Source: an uncultured Chthonomonadaceae bacterium (GTDB lineage: Bacteria > Armatimonadota > Chthonomonadetes > Chthonomonadales > Chthonomonadaceae). From it: a stretch of 64,000 bases of DNA. The notes below the pieces were generated by a model that saw nothing but the letters and a program-made list of their open reading frames with translations, did no database searches and was not told where the DNA came from. The position numbers and the translations under genes were made by a program. The stretch is taken from contig CAWIEK010000037.1 in assembly GCA_963835065.1 (NCBI GenBank), positions 160,001 through 224,000 on the forward strand, written 5' to 3'. Shown piece after piece: positions 59,614-64,000 of this stretch (its first letter is position 1; each line of letters starts with the position of its first letter).

Positions 59614-61324
59614 ATGGATGCCGTTCCCTTCGATCCTATCCAGGTGGAAGTGTGGCGGCATCTGCTGGCGGCGGTGGCCGAAGAAATGGGCGTCACGCTG
59701 GAACGCACCGCCTATTCCCCCAACATCAAGGAGCGGCTGGACCATAGCTGCGCTCTCTTTGATGCGGATGGCCGGATTGCTGGCGCAGGCCGCGCATATC
59801 CCCGTGCATCTGGGCGCGATGCCTCTGATGATCCAATCCCTGCGTTCCCGTCTGGACTGGCAGCCCGGCAGCATGTGGCTGTGCAACGATCCCCGTTACG
59901 GCGGAACCCACCTGCCCGACATCACGCTGATTGCGCCCGTCTTTGATAGGGAACAGGGAACAGAGAACAGGGAACAGGCAAGACAGGGAACAGGGAACAG
60001 GGAACAGGGAACAGCAGAGGAATTCCTATCAACTATCAACTATCAACTATCAACTCCTCCTGTTCCCTGTTCCCTGTTCCCTGTTCCCTTACTGGGCTTC
60101 GTCGCCAGCCGCGCCCACCATGCCGATGTGGGTGGCTTGTCGCCCGGTTCGCTGCCGCTTTCTACCGAAGCGTTTCACGAGGGGCTGATTATTCCGCCGA
60201 TTTTGCTGGTGGAAAATGGGCAGATAAAGCAGGATGTTTTGGAGTTGGTGTGCGCCAATTCGCGCACGCCACACGAGCGGCGGGGCGATTTGTCGGCGCA
60301 GATTGCGGCCAATGAAACGGGGATTCGGCGGTTTCTCGCGCTCATGGAAGCGTATGGGCCGGAAACGTTTCAGCATCGGGTTCAGGAAAACATCGCGTAT
60401 GCCGCCGCGTCCGTGCGCGCCGCCCTGCGCCGATTGCCTCCCGGCGTTTATCAGGCCGAAGATGTATTGGACGATGACGGCGCGGGGAGTGTGGATATTC
60501 CGATTCGCGTGACCATGACCGCGCATGAGGGGGGCAGCGTTTGCTTTGATTTTACGGGCAGCGCCCCGCAAGTACGAGGCTCGCTCAACGCTACGGAAGC
60601 CATTACGCGCTCGGCCTGTTATTATGTCGCTCGCTGTTTGGTGGAGGAAGAAATACCGACCAATGAAGGCTGCTTTGCGCCCGTTGACGTGATTGCGCCC
60701 CCCGGAACCATTGTCAACGCCCGTTTTCCCGCCGCCGTCGCTGCCGGAAACGTGGAAACCTCGCAGCGCATTGTGGACGCGCTGCTGCGCGCGCTTGCCA
60801 AAGCCCTTCCCGACCGCATCCCCGCCGCCAGCCAGGGCACGATGAACAATCTGACGATTGGCGGGTGGGATGGAGCGCGGCAGCAGCCGTTCGCGTATTA
60901 CGAAACTATCGGGGGTGGGGCGGGCGCGTCTCCGCTTGGCGCGGGCGCGTCGGGCCTTCATACCCACATGACCAACACCCGCAACACGCCCATCGAAGCC
61001 TTTGAAACGCACTATCCCATGCGCGTGGAAACGTATGCGCTTGCCGACAACACGGGCGGGACGGGCAAACACGCGGGCGGGAATGGCATTACGCGCCGCA
61101 TCCGCCTGCTCACCGATTGCCGCGTGTCCCTGCTCACGGAGCGGCGCGTTCATTCCCCGTTCGGCGCGCAGGGCGGCAGCCCGGGCGCTGTCGGCAAAAA
61201 CCGGCTGCAAAAACCGGGACAAACGGAGCAAACCCTGCCCGGCAAATGGAGCGAAGACTGCCCCGCCGATACCCTCTTAACCCTGCAAACGCCCGGCGGC
61301 GGCGGCTGGGGAGAAGCACTCTAG
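59614..61324 (+). CDS. Hydantoinase B / oxoprolinase family protein (frameshift near 59770)
   Basis: AEEMG..LERTAYSPNIKERLDHSCALFD, HIPVHLG, NDPRYGGTHLPD, HHADVGG, GNVETSQR, HTHMTNT, TPGGGGWG. Confidence 0.92.
59948..60089. repeat. In-frame inverted heptamer-repeat insertion in hydantoinase B
   Basis: (agggaac)n ... (ctatcaa)4 ... (ctgttcc)n encoding REQGTGNRE..LSTINYQL..PVPCSLFP. Confidence 0.85.
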
Positions 61325-61493
61325 TACCAGACCATCAAACTTGAACAATCGTGATGTAGGGACGCAATTTATTTAGCGTCGGTTGCAACATATAAGTGAT
61401 TATTTCCGTACTAATTTATAAATTCAACCGTAGCCTCTTCTGTTACGTCCTTGTTTGAACATCCTTTCTGCGCCAACTTCCGTTCTGGAGGCA

Positions 61494-63878
61494 TGATGCT
61501 GACCAAACCCGCCCTGCTGTTCCTCGCGCTTTTCCTTGCTCTGGCCGGCATTTGCGCCCTGCCCACATCCGCCCGCGCCGACACGTACACTGTCACCAGC
61601 GCGGATGATAACGGCGACGATAGCAGCCCCGCGCCCGGTTCGCTGCGGGAAGCCCTGATGTTTGCGGAAGCGCATCCAGGCGCGGACACCATCGCGTTTG
61701 CTATTCCCGGTCCCGGCCTGCATACCATCCGCCTCCTCAACAGCCTGCGCACCATCGTGGAGGCTGTGACCATTGACGGCCAAACGCAGTCCGGGCAGGC
61801 CAACTCCTTTCTCATCGAATTGAACGGCGAGAACGCGGGTACGGGAGCCAATGGTTTCCAAGATACTGGGATCCAATGTCACCATACGCGGCATGGTCAT
61901 CAACGGCTTCGATTACGATGGCATCGAGATTCTCGAATATGGAAACTGCACACTGGACGGCAACATCATCGGCACGGATGCCGGCATGACCGTCGCCAAA
62001 CCCAATCACGGCTACGGCATCCACATTGATGCCTCCGACAACAATACCATCACTTCCAACGTGATTGCGGGCAACGGCGGCAACTACCATTCCGGCGGCA
62101 TACTACTGGAAGCGGGCAGCAAAAACAACCTGGTTGCAGGCAACGCAATCGGCACAAACCTGCAAATCGCCCTGCCCAACATGCGGTCGGGCATTGGGGT
62201 AGAGCAGTCCGGGCAAAACACCTTCAGAAACAACATCATTGCGGGCAACGCCGACAACGGCATCTACTTTTATGACAGGGCGGATAACAACATCGTGATT
62301 CAGAACACGATTGGAGCTGTGCCCTCAGGCGCGGCTTTGACGCCGATGGGCAACGGCGGCGACGGCGTAAACATCGTCAGCGCGTCGAACAACCAGATCG
62401 GCGGCACGATCCAGATGGATGGACAAACCGTATCGGGCGGGAACACCATTGTCAAGAGCGGCAGGCGCGGCGTGAGCATCATCGGCACATATGTTGGAAC
62501 CGCAAAGGGCAACATCGTGTCGGACAACATCATTGGCGGCGTTTACATTGCCCCGCCTCCCGGCAGCAATCCCTACAGCAATCTGAACAACTCGTTGGGC
62601 AATACGCTGGATGGCATTTATATGCAAGGCGACGTGAGCGGAACTATCATCGGGCAGCATCAGTTCCGCCCGGATTTCAGCGTCGGCGGCAACACCATCA
62701 ACAACAACGGCAATGACGGATTGCAGGTCGAAGGCGATAACGCGGTCATTTCCGGCAACAGCATACAGGGCAACGGAGGCCGGGGCATCGAGATTACCGG
62801 CGGCGACAGCAATATTATCAGCCATAACACCATTACCAACAATATCAAGGGGATTACGGTTCTTGCCGGTGTAGGGCAGACGCTCACGCAAAATTTGATT
62901 TATAGCAATGCTAATTTCATCGCCATTGATCTGAACGATGATAACGTGTCCGGCAACGATACGGGCGATGGCGACACCGGCCCCAACAACTTCCAAAACT
63001 ATCCCCGCCTGACCTCCGCGCAAACCGCAAACGGCATGACGGCTATTACGGGAACCCTGAACAGCGCGCCCAACGCGCAGTACGTGCTTGAGTTCTTTTC
63101 CGCGCCCGCTCTGAATAAGTCCGGGCACAGCGACGCCGCCACGTTCCTCGGCACAACCAACATCACGACGGACGGTAACGGCAACGCCACTTTCACGCTT
63201 GCCGTGCCGGCTGTTTCTCCCGCCTCCGCGTTCGTCAGCGCCACTGCAACCGGGCCTGACGGCAGCACGTCCGAGTTATCCGAAGCCGTTATGAACAACA
63301 GCGCGGTTTCCGTCCTGGCCGCCGTAGATGTCACAGGTCAGGTGCAGGTCAGGCTTGGAAGTTTCCATTATAACCGCGTCACGCGCCGCTACACGCAGAT
63401 CGTTACCATTACCAACACAAGCGCCAGCGCCATTGACGGCCCTATTTCGCTGCTGCTGCTGAAATTCAGCAACGCGGCTTCTGACCTGCGCAACCGTTCG
63501 GGCATGGCGTATATCACCGATCCCACCGGCTATCCCTACATCAACTTTCCCGCCGCCAGCCTCGCGCCGGGCGCGAAAACGAGCGTGTTGCTGGATTTCT
63601 TCTACCGCCGCAATTATCCCATCACCTATACTCCCCGCATCCTGTCCGGCCCCAATGACCGCCATGCCGTCCGCATCAAGGGCGTTCGCGCCAATCCCGC
63701 GCCGACAGCGGCAACAAGAAACGTGGCCGAGACAAGAAACGTGGCCGAGACAAGAAACGTGGCGAGGGCAAACAGCGCGGTTAAAACAAGGAGCGCGGTG
63801 AAAGCAAAGGCCGTCAGCCGGTCACGCCGCGCTTTTACGCCTGCTCCGCGTAGAAAACGGGCGCGGAACACAGCATAG
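61494..63878 (+). CDS. Secreted right-handed parallel beta-helix repeat protein (frameshift near 61855)
   Basis: Signal ..SARA; PGSLREAL; GN.IGT repeats; IDLNDD..DGDTGPNNFQNYP; TSELS; basic C-terminal tail. Confidence 0.85.
63712..63765 (+). repeat. 18-bp tandem repeat (about 3 copies) in the basic C-terminal tail
   Basis: acaagaaacgtggccgag encoding TRNVAE. Confidence 0.8.
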
Positions 63879-63910
63879 CCGCCACAGGGGGAGGTATTTT
63901 CAAAAGGGGG

Positions 63911-63940
63911 TTGACAGCCTGCTTTCCGGTTTGGTATACT
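63911..63940 (+). promoter_or_regulatory. sigma70 promoter for a gene at or beyond the window edge
   Basis: TTGACA-N18-TATACT. Confidence 0.6.
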
Positions 63941-64000
63941 AACTATTATCTTTTTCAGGGAATAATGTTCTTATGTCCGCAGATCACTTGACCAGTTTAT

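Noticed and set aside
63712..63765. Tandem repeats as a possible CRISPR array (also the 21-bp repeats at about 36550-36595)
   Set aside because: No spacers; unit lengths are multiples of 3 and encode protein repeats; no cas genes in the window.
63626..63871. Hydrophobic minus-strand ORF resembling a membrane peptide
   Set aside because: Fully antisense to the beta-helix tail; hydrophobicity follows from the complementary repeat; no clear RBS.

Overview
GC-rich bacterial chromosomal window. The gene repertoire (prepilin/H-X9-DG protein, several Uma2 genes, double-HTH regulator, secreted beta-helix proteins) suggests Armatimonadota or similar, which is an inference. Housekeeping and metabolic genes: mutS, class III FBPase, ferredoxin with Crp/Fnr regulator, GH172, GH51, two MFS transporters, yajQ, ParB-like, rplY, argH, hydantoinase B. 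Accessory and defence modules are interleaved: an RNA ligase 3' end beside an AT-richer DGQHR islet, PemK/MazF TA, a HEPN gene with two paralogous partners, an NB-ARC-TPR (STAND) protein, a TerY-P triad whose kinase carries a WD40 propeller, a membrane-anchored ParA-like ATPase, an HNH pair and a BsuBI/PstI-type R-M system. The two most striking observations: (i) a co-oriented cassette of membrane HD-GYP/GAF/GGDEF + S8 protease with six RAIWG repeats + PilZ, a possible protease-peptide-c-di-GMP signalling system; (ii) a non-coding element present in two inverted copies 24 kb apart, with an ECF-like promoter, a sequestered SD, an 8-codon ORF and a 65-nt identical core. Heptamer/octamer tandem repeats, REP-like palindromes and a MITE-like element are abundant, some in-frame inside genes. 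Many genes carry single-base frameshifts that look like long-read assembly errors. No rRNA, tRNA or CRISPR array was seen.
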